From: Octopus sinensis
Lineage: Eukaryota
Direction: 5' to 3'
Length of the DNA: 64,000 bases
NCBI RefSeq assembly: GCF_006345805.1
Contig: NC_043002.1
Coordinates: forward strand, 18,724,001 to 18,788,000
Below the pieces are notes generated by a model. It saw nothing but the letters and a program-made list of their open reading frames with translations. It did no database searches and was not told the origin of the DNA. Of the stretch, positions 48,706 through 60,772 are shown in pieces (position 1 is the stretch's first letter; the number at the start of each line of letters is the position of its first letter). The position numbers were made by a program, and so were the translations under genes.

Positions 48706-48792
48706 GTATATCATCATCATCGTCTAATATATATATATATATATATATAAACAATAATAAATCTCTGGGCGAGATATAAACAGTAACTGCTC

Positions 48793-49027
48793 TATAACAT
48801 AAGAGGGATCAGCCATCTGAATGTGGCTAGGTACAGGGCGGGGTGGTGGGGGTGTTACTGATGCATTTAGCCCCAGGCGAACATCGACGTCACCAGAAGA
48901 GCTGACACCATCTCGGGTGTCAGCTCTTCTGGTGACGTCGATGTTCGCCTGGGGCTAAATGCATCAGTAACGCACCCACCACCCCGCCCTGACCCTAGCC
49001 ACATTCAGATGGCTGATTCCTCTTATG

Positions 49028-49032
<5 letters not shown>
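48793..49032. repeat. Long palindrome, 117-bp arms, 6-nt loop
   Basis: Arms 48793-48909 and 48916-49032, few mismatches, TA-rich flanks. Confidence 0.92.
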
Positions 49033-49062
<30 letters not shown>

Positions 49063-49099
49063 ATCCGAGCGTGGCCGTGCATACCTTCCTTCCTTCTTG

Positions 49100-49652
49100 T
49101 GACACTTGTCAAGACCTGTTGAGGCAAGTGAAAATCAAATCAAATCAAATCAAAACAAATCAAAATAGATGAACATCAATGGAATTTGTATCTTTGTGGT
49201 ACCAGTGCCGGTGGCACACAAGAAAACCATCCGAACGTGGCCGTAGCCAGTACCGCATCGACTGGCCTCCGTGCTGTGGGTACGTAACAAACACCATCCG
49301 ATCGTGGCCGTTCGCCAGCCTCATCTGGCACCTGTGTCGGTGGCACATAAAAACACCATCCGAGCGTGGCCGTCTGCCAGCCTCGTCTGGCACCTGTGTT
49401 GGTGGCACATAAAAAACACCATCCGAGCATGGCCGTTCACCAGCCTCGTCTGGCACCTGTGTCGGTGGCACATAAAATCACCCACTACACTCTCGGAGTG
49501 GTTGGCGTTAGGAAGGGCATCCAGCTGTAGAAACACTGCCAGATCTGACTGGCCTGGTGCAGCCTTCGGGCTCCCCAGACCCCAGTTGAACCGTTCAACC
49601 CATGCTAGCATGGAAAACGGACGCTAAATGATGATGATGATGATGATGATGA
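49100..49652 (+). mobile_element. 5'-truncated RTE 3' end
   Basis: Includes the (caaat)n stretch seen just after the RTE stop codon, ~5 VNTR units and the tail. Confidence 0.82.
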
Positions 49653-50345
49653 TATACGTGTATGTATATGTGTGTGTGTGTGTGTGTATGTGATTAAAAT
49701 TAAAATAAGCAACAAAGATATGCAGAGGTAATGCACTATGATCGTTTCAAGCAACTCCATTTAATTGAACAATGCAATCATTACAGCAATTTAAACAAAG
49801 AGCAATCCTCAGCTGCATAAAGACATAGTATTTGATTAAAATAAACAGATGGACACATTAGTATAATTTTACCTAAAATCTCCAAGAAGGTAAGGAGATA
49901 GACAAAGAACATGCTGTCTTCACTTAAGCTTATATATATTTATATATATGTATCTATATGTATATATATATATATGTCTATATATAAATATATATATATA
50001 TGTAAATGAATATATGTAAATAAATATGTATATATGTATGAATATAAGTATGTATATATATGTATGCATATATTATCTATATATGTATGTATATATATAT
50101 ATATATGTATATATATGTTTGTGTATATATGTATATATCAATGTATATGTGTGTATGAATGTATATATGTATATATATATATGTATGTATATATGCATGT
50201 ATGTATATATGTATATATATCTATGTATACATACGTATGTATGTTTATATATGTATATACATATGTATGTTTATATATATATACACGTATGTACATATTT
50301 ATGTATGTTTACATATATACGTATATACATATTTATGTATGTTTA

Positions 50346-50975
50346 TATATATATATGTATGTACATATTTATGTGCCACTCCTGGACTGTTGAAGGAATC
50401 TGGAGTAGAGTTAGACCCAGGAAAACATCGGATGAGGTGGTCAAGCCTAACCTTCGAACGTTGGGCCTCACAGAGGCAATGACAAAAGATCGAGACCTCT
50501 GAGATATGCTGTGACTGTGAAGACCTGACAAATGAAGTGAGTTCATGGCTCGCAGGACGGCCTGCTGTGCTAACCTTGGATCGTATGGTGACCCATTGTA
50601 CTTAAGGAGACCTATTGAGTCAAGGACATCAACATCAACATCAAAATAAAAATCAAATAGAAATTGTAGCTGTAATACCCATGCCGGTGGCATGTAAAAA
50701 GCACCATCCGAATGTGGCCGATGCCAGCGCCGCCTGATTGGCATCCGTGTCAGTGACCGATCATGGCTGTTTGCCAGCCCAATCTGGCCCCTGTGCCAAT
50801 TTTACATAAAAAGCACCCACTACAATCATGGAGTGGCTGATGTTAGGAAGGGCATCCAGCTGTAGAAACACTGCCAGATTAGACTGGAGCCTGGCGCAGC
50901 CTCCTGGCTTCCCAGACCCTGGTCAAACCGTCCAACCCATGCTAGCATGGAAAACAGACGTTAAATGATGATGAC
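50346..50975 (+). mobile_element. 5'-truncated RTE including the ORF C-terminus
   Basis: Encodes ...VEGIWSRVRPRKTSDEVVKPNLRTLGLTEAMTKDRDL, homologous to the RTE ORF end (VEGTCGRGRPRKIWVEVVKHDLRTLGLTKEMTSDRDL), then the shared 3' UTR. Confidence 0.85.
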
Positions 50976-51082
50976 GATGTATATGTATGTATATGTATTT
51001 ATGTGTCTATATTTATTTGTATGTGTATATATATATGTATGTGTCTATGTTTGTATGGATGTATATATATATATATATATAT

Positions 51083-51455
51083 ATCATCATCATCATCATC
51101 ATCGTTTAACGTCCGTTTTCCGTGCTAGCACAGGTTGGACGGTTCGACCGGGGTCTGGGAAGCCAGGGGCTGCACCAGGCTCCAGTCTGATCTGGCAGAG
51201 TTTCTACAGCTGGATGCCCTTCCTAACGGCAACCACTCCGCGTGTGTAGTGGGTGCTTTTTACGTGCCACCTGCACAGGTGCCAGGGGGTTCCGGCATCG
51301 GCCACGATCGGTTGGAGCTTTTAATGTGCCACCGGCACGGAAGCCAGCCAAGGTGGCGCTGGCAACGGCCACGTTCGGATGGTGCTTTTTATGTGCCACC
51401 AGCACTGGAGCCAGTCGAGGCAGCGCTGGCATCGGCCACGTTCAGATGGTGCTTT
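51083..51455 (-). mobile_element. 5'-truncated RTE 3' end
   Basis: Shared 3' UTR and tail, reverse orientation. Confidence 0.8.
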
Positions 51456-51550
51456 ATATGTATATATGTATGTCTATATATATGTATACATATCTATATA
51501 TATTGTATGTATATATATGTATGTGTATATATACGTATGTGTATATGATG

Positions 51551-51586
<36 letters not shown>

Positions 51587-52588
51587 ACATATGCTTTCAG
51601 AAGAAAGCAGCAAATGTATACAAAAACAAGGGCGAAAAAAATGGACAATGTTACACAAAAACAATAAAAATAATAATAACAGGACATAACAACAGGTGTC
51701 TTTCGACTAAGGACGAATTGAATTAAGCTGGCATGTGTGGAAATGAAGCCTTATGGCAGGGACACAAGTTTTCACAAACACAGGGAGGAATATCGATGTT
51801 GCACGGACAACGGCCAACCAAGAAGGAAAGAACAGGCACTATTGTCTCATCATTATTCTCAGGTTTCCTTGCAATCATGGCTTAAATAGGACTATAATAC
51901 AACATATTGTCACTTAGAATGATCATATGTCATCTCATCTGTATAGTTCTCTTTCCTTCAATTCATCATCATTTTTTTTCTGCCATAAGAACTGCCAGTG
52001 TTAGTACAAAGCTAATTTTCATCCACTATGAGTTTTTTCTTGTCACACATTCATATCTGATCTCACACATGACTTCCCACTTACAAGAGTAAAATTATCA
52101 CTATTAGAGTTTATTGTTGGTCACAGATTAATGTTTGTTTTCTTTCATTTCAGGTATTCCCTTTATGCTGGAAAGTTTTCTACCTGAAGGATTGTGATTC
52201 AACAGACTTAGTTGAAACAAACTTTGTTACATTTATCAGCCTTTTTTTTTTTTTTAGATTAAAAATATCCTAAACATCCTGAGCTGAATAGTAAGATAGC
52301 TGTGACTAAATTTGAAATTTAAACTGACTCAAAATATTACTAGTGAATGGTCTGAAGTAAGCACCAAGAGATTTAGATTGAGAAGATATAGTTCAGTGTG
52401 AAACTTGGAACATTTGTATTTTTATTGAAATTTCTTTTGTATTTGTAAATGTTTTCATAATTCATCAATATTTTGAAAAATTGGTATATTTAACATGATT
52501 TAAATACCTGAAACACTTTTCTGGTGTGAAGTTTATGTGAAAACAGTTTTTTCAAAAGAGTAATTTGTCTGCATGTGAATGTGTTAAG

Positions 52589-53536
52589 ATGGAGGAAATA
52601 TACTACTGTGAATTTTGTAATAAGTTTCTTTCTACCAGTCAAGCATTGAATGCTCATAAGCTCATTCACTCAAGAGAAAGACCATACCGATGTGAGGATT
52701 GTGGAGAAGCATTTACTCTGAGTACTGAATTATCATCACATAAATGCGCTTTCCATGTAGGAGACAAACGTAAGCACTGTGAAATTTGGGGGAAATCATT
52801 TTCTAAAAATTCCAACTTATCATCTCATAAACGTGCAATTCATGCAACACAAAGACCTTACGACTGTGAAATTTGTGGAAAATCATTTTCTCAAAAAGGA
52901 ACTTTATCAAATCATGTACGTACCGTTCATATTGGAGAAAAGCCTTACAAGTGCACTGTTTGTGATAAAGGTTTTGCTGCACGAGCATCGTTAAAATATC
53001 ATAGCTACCATCATACAGGAGAAAGGCCCTACCATTGTGAAGTTTGTGGGCACACTTTTACTAGAATGACATGCTTAGAAAAACATAAACGAGTACACAC
53101 AGGAGAAAAACCATACACTTGTGATGTTTGTGGAAAAGCATTTTCAAGAAGATTTAGCTTAAGAAGACATCAAATTCTCCACACTGGATTAAAACCTTAT
53201 ATTTGTGAAATCTGTGGGACAGCATTTTCAGATTACAGTAACTTGGCTGGCCATAAACGTGTTCATACTGGTGAAAGGAAATACCAGTGTGAAACTTGTG
53301 GCAGAGCATTTTGTACTAACCGTAGCCTTTCATCTCATAAATATAATCATAGTGGTGAAAAACCATACCACTGTGATATTTGTGGGCTAAAATTTTCTCT
53401 TACGAGCTACTTATTGGCTCACAGAAATAATATCCATTTTGGAGAAAAGCGCTACCCTCGCAAAGTTTCTGGGAAAGCTTTTTCTAAAAAGGATTCACTT
53501 AAAAAAACACAAGCACATTCACACATGAGAAAATAG
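52589..53536 (+). CDS. Intronless C2H2 zinc-finger protein (10 fingers plus a degenerate 11th)
   Basis: ATG at 52589 within ORF 52565..53536; tandem CxxC-x12-HxxxH fingers with TGEKP-type linkers; no effector domain seen; typical of the expanded cephalopod C2H2 repertoire. Confidence 0.9.
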   Translation: MEEIYYCEFCNKFLSTSQALNAHKLIHSRERPYRCEDCGEAFTLSTELSSHKCAFHVGDKRKHCEIWGKSFSKNSNLSSHKRAIHATQRPYDCEICGKSFSQKGTLSNHVRTVHIGEKPYKCTVCDKGFAARASLKYHSYHHTGERPYHCEVCGHTFTRMTCLEKHKRVHTGEKPYTCDVCGKAFSRRFSLRRHQILHTGLKPYICEICGTAFSDYSNLAGHKRVHTGERKYQCETCGRAFCTNRSLSSHKYNHSGEKPYHCDICGLKFSLTSYLLAHRNNIHFGEKRYPRKVSGKAFSKKDSLKKTQAHSHMRK

Positions 53537-55234
53537 TACTCAAAACTGACCTCGCCTGTGCTGGTGCCATGTCAAAAGCACCTAGTCGACTCTGCAGTAT
53601 GGTTAGTGTTAGAATTGGCATCCAGCTGTAAAAGCCATGCCAAAAAAGACACTAAAACCTAGTGCAGTCTTCTACCTATCCAGCCCCTGTCAAATTGCCC
53701 AACCCATGCCAACATGGAAAATGGATGTTAAATGATGATACATGTGCATATATATATGTATGTTTATATTCATACACCTCTGGTTGACCTCTCTTTCCTT
53801 CTATGTTCCTCTTTAGATTCTTACCATCTTCATATCTTTCTTTCTTGTTCCCTTCCCCACACATTGCCCATATTCACCCATATAAAGCGGGATAGTACTG
53901 CTTACTCCTACACAACCGATCTCATCAATACTTCATCTCTTTCTTTCTTAGTAACCCTTGACCTTTGATACTAATCCTTTCCCCTTTTACCTATACTTTC
54001 TAAAAGATAAAAGATTTGTAGAAAGCAAAAAAAAAAAAATTAATCACGTAAAAACAAACTGGAAAATATTAATGAGAACTTATTTTTGAAATTAAAATAA
54101 AATGGAAAAAAAAAAAGACAGGAAAAAGTCTGCTTCCTGAGCTTTTCTTTTGGGGTCATGTGTAAAATCTGGGATGTTTGGATATCCTGCATGTTATAGC
54201 CCGTCGTATATATGTATATATATATATATGCGTGTGTATATGTTTGTGTGTCTGTGTTTGTCCCCCCTCCAACATCGCTTGACAACCGATGGTGGTGTGT
54301 TTACGTCCCCGTAACTTAGCGGTTCGGCAAAGAGACCGATAGAGTAAGTACTAGGCTTACAAAGAATAAGTCCTGGGGTCGATTTGCACGACCAAAGGCG
54401 GTGCTCCAGCACGGCCGCAGTCAAATGGCTGAAACAAGTAAAACAGTGAAAAAAACGAGCAGTTTGTTCAGCAAGACATTTCATAAACCTCGTCTGCCAA
54501 TTACGACAGGAGAGAACACCATATATTTCTAATTTATATATATTCTCTCATATATATATATGTGTGTGTATGAAGATGTGCACAAATTTTCCTTTGTTTG
54601 TTTATTTACTTGCTTATTAAACAGCATAGCGGCAAACTATTTCATAAATATGAATTATTCATGTGTCGCAAATGTTTTAAAAATTTGTTTGAGGACATTC
54701 CAGAAAAATTGTAATTTTAATCAGTTATATAAACCAACAACTTTTTTAACCAGTAACTAGTTTGATAAGTGCCTGTGCACAAAACTCTCGGTCTTTGAGC
54801 CACCCTGTTACTTCTGTAAAAATTTTGGCTTTCGTGCTGGTGGCATGTAAAAAGCACTATGTGAACATGATCGATGCCAGACCCGCCTGACTGGCTCCTG
54901 TGCCCATGGCACGTAAAAGGTACCAACTACGCTCTCGGAGTGGTTGGTTTAAGAAAGGCATTCTGCTATAGAAATATTGCCAGATCAGATTGGAGCCTGG
55001 TGCAACCGCTGGCTTTCAAGACCTCAGTCAAACAGTCCAACCCATGCCAGCATGGAAAACGGACGTTAAACGATGATGATGATTATATATACTGTGGGCC
55101 AAAAGTCATGCAGAAAATAAGTTCAGTATGCTCCAGAATTGTCAAAACATGCTTCAAATTTTCTAAAATTGAATAAAATAATGATGAATACGCATGTACT
55201 TGTGCATGATGAACAAAATGAATAATAATAATCT

Positions 55235-55612
55235 TTTCTACTCTAGGCACAAGGCCCGAAATCTTTGGGGAGGGGACCAGTCGATTAGATCGACCCCGGT
55301 ACACAACTGGTACTTAATGTATCGACCCGAAAGGATGAAAGGCAAAGCCGACTCCGACGGAATTTGAACTCGGAACGTAAAGACATGAAATACCCATTTC
55401 TTTACTACCCACAAGGGGCTAAACACAGAGGGGACAGACAAACGGATTAAGTCGATTATATCGACCCCAGTGCATAACTGGTACTTATTTAATCGACCCC
55501 GAAGGGATGAAAGGCAAAGTCGACCTCGGCGGAATTTGAACTCAGAACGTAGCGGCAGACGAAATACCGTTAGGCATTTCGCCCGGCGTGCTACGGTTTC
55601 TGCCAGCTCGCC
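55235..55612 (-). mobile_element. Two adjacent/nested SINE-C-type copies
   Basis: Full copy 55393-55612 next to a partial copy 55235-55383 with a different 3' end. Confidence 0.8.
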
Positions 55613-56167
55613 ATCTTATAATAATAACAACAAACTCATTCATCCATTCTTCAGAAATGCTCTGTTGATGTTTCACGTTTCCAATCCTGCGCAACGCAGC
55701 ATGGCCCGGCAATATACCTGCTTTCTATGTCATCCATGTCTGAACTATATAATGCAAAATTCTCATACAGGAAAAAAAAAAACCTGCTGTTGTGACTCAC
55801 AGCCATTTAAGTTTGACTGCGTGACCACTCCCGAAAGCTACGCTCGTCACCCGCAATTAATCCCTCCTGTGTTCCCTTCCCTGTTTAGTCGGACGAGTAA
55901 ATACAGGGTGTCCCAGAATTATTGTTAATTTGAGAGAAATCGGATGTATATTTTTAAAAACTCGCTTTTAATTATGTTTAATATGTGTTAAAAGTGTATA
56001 CATTTTGAATTGCGTTTATAATATTATTTTCATTTATGTTGGACCCCGCTTATTTGTCCATGACCGATTTTTTTTTTTTCAATTTGGCAGCAATCATTTT
56101 CTTTACCCCATCCCCAAGATGGAATTTATTAGAAAATATATGAAGACATGGTGATTGTAATACTCAC

Positions 56168-56295
56168 TAGTCAGATATGGTGTATGTCCGTATCCAGTAT
56201 GTTTCACAATACTACTTGCAGTTGTTGACTGAGGACCAAGAGCCCACTTCTGGTTGGAACCAATATTTACTTTAACCTTTCTGACTTTTCCTTCT
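56168..56295 (-). CDS. S1 peptidase exon 3
   Basis: tttaattttag acceptor; EGKVRKVKVNIGSNQKWALGPQSTTASSIVKHTGYGHTPYLT; A|GTGAGT donor; phase 2/1 bridges exons 2 and 4. Confidence 0.8.
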
Positions 56296-56449
56296 CTAAA
56301 ATTAAATAGAATATACTAAATTATTAGCAGAGAATAAATTTGTAATGTAATATACTTGAAATTCTTCCCCAGGTATTAAAATGTTTGCCAGTTCTTTATA
56401 GTACTGTAAGATAATTCTCATATACGGTACTGTTATTATTAAAAGTCGC

Positions 56450-56852
56450 TGTCATGCCAACCCCCTTTGCTTGTGAAGACATGTTGGGGCAAGCGAAATC
56501 GAAATCGAATTGAACCAGCCAGGATCCCTGGTCTGGTGGTACGTAAAAAGCACTATCCGACTCGTGGCCGATGCCAGCACCGCCTCGACTGGCTTCCGTG
56601 CCGGTGGCACATAAAATACACCAATCCGACCGTGGCCATTGCCAGCCTCGCCTGGCACCTGTGCAGGTGGCATGTAAAAAGCACCCACTACACTCACGGA
56701 TTGGTTGGCGTTAGGAAGGGCATCCAGCTGTAGAAACATTGCCAGATAAGACTGGAGCCTGGTGCAGCCTTCTGGCTTCCCAGATCCCCGGTCGAACCGT
56801 CCAACCCATGCTAGCATGGAGAACGGACGTTAAACGATGATGATGATGATGA
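56450..56852 (+). mobile_element. 5'-truncated RTE 3' end in peptidase intron 2
   Basis: Shared 3' UTR and tail. Older degenerate copies also at ~6295-6620(-), 10035-10450(-), 18160-18480(-), 53545-53738(+) and 54830-55082(+). Confidence 0.8.
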
Positions 56853-56885
56853 TTATTCGAACAGTGTGTGTTACGAAAATATCGG

Positions 56886-57292
56886 ATCTTTTCGGTTTGA
56901 GCGGCAGTTTTTAACATAATTTCTAGGTAACTAAAAAATTTTAAACTTCGTATACTGGTAGAATGTGTTTATAAAACATCTTGTTCTCTTGGCTTTATTG
57001 AGAAAATTCTATAGTTTGTAAGATATTTGTTGTTTTTTTTTCTTCAATTTCTTCAACCAATCAAATACGTCTATAGAGTTAAAAAGCATTCTGTGCCGTA
57101 TGGATATGTCCCTCGTTTAAGAAACAGATTGGGTTTATTTACATTTGTGAAGAAAAAAAGATACCCTTCCCCCTCCCCTAACCCTACCCCTAAAAGAGAT
57201 TGAAATGCAATAGATCGATACTAGGGTCATAATTATGGGTGACAATTTCATATGACACTGCAAGAAAAAACTGCCGTTCAAACCGAAAAGAT
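56886..57292. mobile_element. MITE with ~26-bp TIRs
   Basis: atcttttcggtttgagcggcagtttt...aaaactgccgttcaaaccgaaaagat. Confidence 0.7.
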
Positions 57293-57950
57293 TCAAAATA
57301 TCTATTCTATGGCAGTTGTTGATCAGAACAATATTACATACTCAGAAAGTAAAATTTATAATTAATATACACAGCATTTGAAGGAAAGTTCGAAGATTGA
57401 AGTGCTGTATTTATTTAAACAGCTATATATTATTTGTGATTGAAAACTGGGGATTAATGCAGTTTCGCACCTCTCCTTGAAAAATGCATTTTTTTGAAAA
57501 TATGTTTTCGGATTCCTACGTTTTAGATGTCGGAGATTACGAATATGCAAAATTTTATTTAAAATGCGATTGGATTTTTTTTTTATATGCGATTCTGCAT
57601 TAGCCCCCAAAACTGAATATATTTTGTTGTGTCTATGGAGAGTCATTACGCCAATATTAACAACAGACGCATTGGCTCAATTGCCCTTCTTTATTATTTC
57701 TCAACTAAATATTTCCAATTGTTTATGGTAAATGGCAATTTGTCCAATATTTGCTGGAAACATAGAATTCAATGTAAATTTTAATCTGATATTAAAGCCA
57801 ATATATATGTTGGTATTTTCACCAACTAATTCTTTTCAACGTTTATATAATACAAATATGGACTCCAAACTTTCTTCATAATCATCAAATGGTGTAATAT
57901 AATGATGGGAAGACGGGTATATGCTATGCATATATACTTATATATACTTA

Positions 57951-58180
57951 GGCGGCGAGCTGGCAGAAACGGTGGCACGCCGGGCGAAATGCGAAGCCGT
58001 ATTTCGTCTGCCGTTACGTTCTGAGTTCAAATTCCGCTGAGGTCGACTTTGCCTTTCATCCTTTCGGGGTCGATAAATTAAGTACCAGTTACGCACTGGG
58101 GTCGATGTAATCGACTAAATCCCTTTGTCTGTCCTTGTTTATCCCCTCTGTGTTTAGCCCCTTGTGGGTAGTAAAGAAAT
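57951..58180 (+). mobile_element. SINE-C copy inserted ~10 nt inside peptidase intron 2
   Basis: TSD tatatactta (57941-57950 / 58182-58191) overlaps the exon 2 donor region. Confidence 0.88.
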
Positions 58181-58192
58181 ATATATACTTAG

Positions 58193-58352
58193 AGACAGTG
58201 AGCTGCTGTCAATACATGTGTAGCATCAACCAAAGTACCTCCACATACACTAATCCTGTTATCTGTGGGTTGGTTAAATATTTGGAGATAGACAATAGAT
58301 GGAAATTCACAGTTGGCTGCTTGAGATCCACCGACGATCTGCGTCTTAGGTT
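58193..58352 (-). pseudogene. S1 peptidase exon 2 (IVGG ... TAAHC) with defective donor
   Basis: ttttctttcag acceptor; PKTQ-IVGGSQAANCEFPSIVYLQIF...CGGTLVDATHVLTAAHC; the expected phase-2 donor reads CT|CTAAGT instead of CT|GTAAGT, and read-through meets TAA. Confidence 0.88.
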
Positions 58353-58601
58353 CTGAAAGAAAATCACCAACGCAAATAAATATACATTTCTAGATGAATT
58401 ATTCTTGAATGTCTACGATATATCTATCACTGTATTTTGTATGGTCGTAATTTTGTAAGCAGTAATTACATGAAAAGTATCAGTTCCAAACTCTCTTTTC
58501 AAATTAAATTAATGATTTAAAAATATATGTAGAATTTTCCGATACAAGTATTAATAACGGGATCAGTCTGTATGAAACCGTGTTTTGAAAAGATTGAACA
58601 C

Positions 58602-58647
58602 GTAAAATCCCCTGATCGGCAAAAAGAAGGCAATAGAGAGACAACAT
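58602..58647 (-). CDS. S1 peptidase exon 1 (signal-peptide-like)
   Basis: accaccATG, MLSLYCLLFADQGIL + 1 nt, then C|GTGTTC (weak donor); phase 1 fits exon 2. The hydrophobic core is imperfect. Confidence 0.5.
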
Positions 58648-58715
58648 GGTGGTACTAGATGTTTGGTTACTGGTGTAGAAGAACTGAACTGATGCTAGAG
58701 TTATTGAGACTGTGG

Positions 58716-58723
58716 TATTTATA
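58716..58723 (-). promoter_or_regulatory. TATA box of S1 peptidase copy B
   Basis: TATAAATA on the minus strand, TCAGTT initiator-like motif about 30 nt downstream, then accaccATG at 58647. Confidence 0.6.
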
Positions 58724-59083
58724 GGTAAGTATCGTTAGGGTAACAACTTTAAAGAAATAACAGCTGTAATTATGCATCAATGCACTCACAATATAGCAAA
58801 GAACAGATATGTTTTTATGTAAAATATTACGTTATATCAGATATATGATCAATAAAATTTTTGCATTATCTCACAAAAGTAATGTTCCAATTTCTATTGA
58901 GAACAACCATCTTTTGGAATGTATTGAAATATTTCAAATTCGCATAACGGCATAGTTTCCATATTCTTATATGTATACGTTAATAACAATTACCCTTTGT
59001 GTGATGAGAAACTTGTCTGTCTATCTATCTATCAATCTATATATATATATATTTATCTATATATCTATCAGTCTGTCTATTTC

Positions 59084-59173
<90 letters not shown>

Positions 59174-59178
59174 GTATG

Positions 59179-59311
<133 letters not shown>

Positions 59312-59324
59312 TATATATGTATAT

Positions 59325-59409
<85 letters not shown>

Positions 59410-59421
59410 GTATATATATTA

Positions 59422-59468
<47 letters not shown>

Positions 59469-59514
59469 GTATATATATATCATAAAGAGAAAGTTCTTGG
59501 TTGAGTATTATGTG

Positions 59515-59743
59515 AAGAATGAGTAGAGATGGCTTTTTTGAGGAGGTAATTTTTATTTTAATCTTAATAATACTGTTAACAGTGAGTGACCTAGCTTTCT
59601 GACTGTTGTCCGTCCTCAGTGTGAGACTGTCTTACTCTGAGGATGGATATCATCCAGAAACTTAGGTCACTCACTGTAATCACTATTATTAAGATTAAAA
59701 TAAAAAAATTATCCCCTCAAAAATGCCATCTCTACTTATTCTT
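59515..59743. repeat. Imperfect palindrome, ~113-bp arms
   Basis: Centred on 59628; each arm carries a CTGAGGA...GAAA...GTC motif reading away from the centre. Confidence 0.85.
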
Positions 59744-60094
59744 TCAATATATATTTATATGGATTCGCTGAGAAGTATATATGTGCACGAACCCCTTCCA
59801 CTCCAGAACTGAAAGAGTGTCAGGAATAGAAAGAAAATCTCGTTCAGTTCTCCATTCAGCCTACAAGTTTCAACTAACGTACATGCTAATTAACCGTTCT
59901 CAGAGTGAAATAGGTAAAGTGAACGTTTTCCCGACGCTATAAACACTTAAAGCGAAACAGTTAAACATTCTCTTGTAATATTATGACAATAATATTTGCA
60001 TAAATCATTTCGTATATATTTATTGATTTCTCAATAGTTTGACATTATTCTGCTGACATTCCTTCGATAACAGATATCTTCATCAAAGTACTTC

Positions 60095-60249
60095 TCACGT
60101 GTGTCTATCGATCCAGTTTCGGAAATATCCGACGTCGCTGAAAGCACTGACATCTGTCTCACATTTATATCCTGCCAACACCATGTTACTCCTGCCAACA
60201 CCATTTCACCATTTGATCTTGGACAATAAAGTGGACCACCAGAGTCACC
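60095..60249 (-). pseudogene. S1 peptidase exon 6 (GDSGGP) with frameshift
   Basis: tttttgtag acceptor; GDSGGPLYCPRSNGEMVLAGVT, then a duplicated 15-mer shifts the frame; the shifted frame reads GYKCETDVSAFSDVGYFRNWIDRHT-stop (TGA 60097-60095); AATAAA at 60024-60019. Confidence 0.88.
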
Positions 60250-60534
60250 CTACAAAAACACAAATAATATATCTATATATTGTTCTTGAAATTCACAGAT
60301 GTTGAATTATTTTACGAAATATAATTTTTTGGTCAAGTTACACAACAGGGTAAATTTCTTATTGTGATAAACAGTTTTCTTTTCACTACATTGAAAATGT
60401 GTCCGATATCTTTGCATTAATACACACACTCAAACACGCACACGCACACACACACGCACACACACACACACATCTAAAATGTGCATCAGTGAGATATTAA
60501 AATAGGTATATACTAAAGTATCAATACTGTATAC

Positions 60535-60680
60535 CTTGCAAACAGATGCTCCACCTGGTCTGAAATCCCCGGCACAAAGAATTCCTTCAGCAATTCGCAT
60601 CCCAGATCTTCTTTTACAAACATCATGGGGAATAGCTGGAAGGGCCACTTTATATAATTCGTTAGGGCTATGTCCTCTGA
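60535..60680 (-). CDS. S1 peptidase exon 5
   Basis: tactcctttcag acceptor; RGHSPNELYKVALPAIPHDVCKRRSGMRIAEGILCAGDFRPGGASVCK; AAG|GTATAC donor; phase 1/0. Confidence 0.9.
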
Positions 60681-60772
60681 CTGAAAGGAGTACAAATCGA
60701 GTGATGATTAATATCGATCAACAACAATTTAATTCAAATATGAATGTTTGATGAAACTATATTGATACTTAC

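Noticed and set aside
48855-48895. CTGATGC...CGAAC within the 240-bp palindrome as a hammerhead
   Set aside because: Core deviates at two invariant positions and stem II does not pair.
55799-55895. CpG-rich stretch ending aaATGGCT|gtgagt on the minus strand, like a first exon
   Set aside because: No in-phase downstream exon found; the nearest acceptor (~55160) gives an immediate stop in phase 0. Unresolved without RNA data.
55900-55960. tacagggtgtccc Tc1/mariner-like terminus
   Set aside because: No matching second TIR found; too short to call an element.
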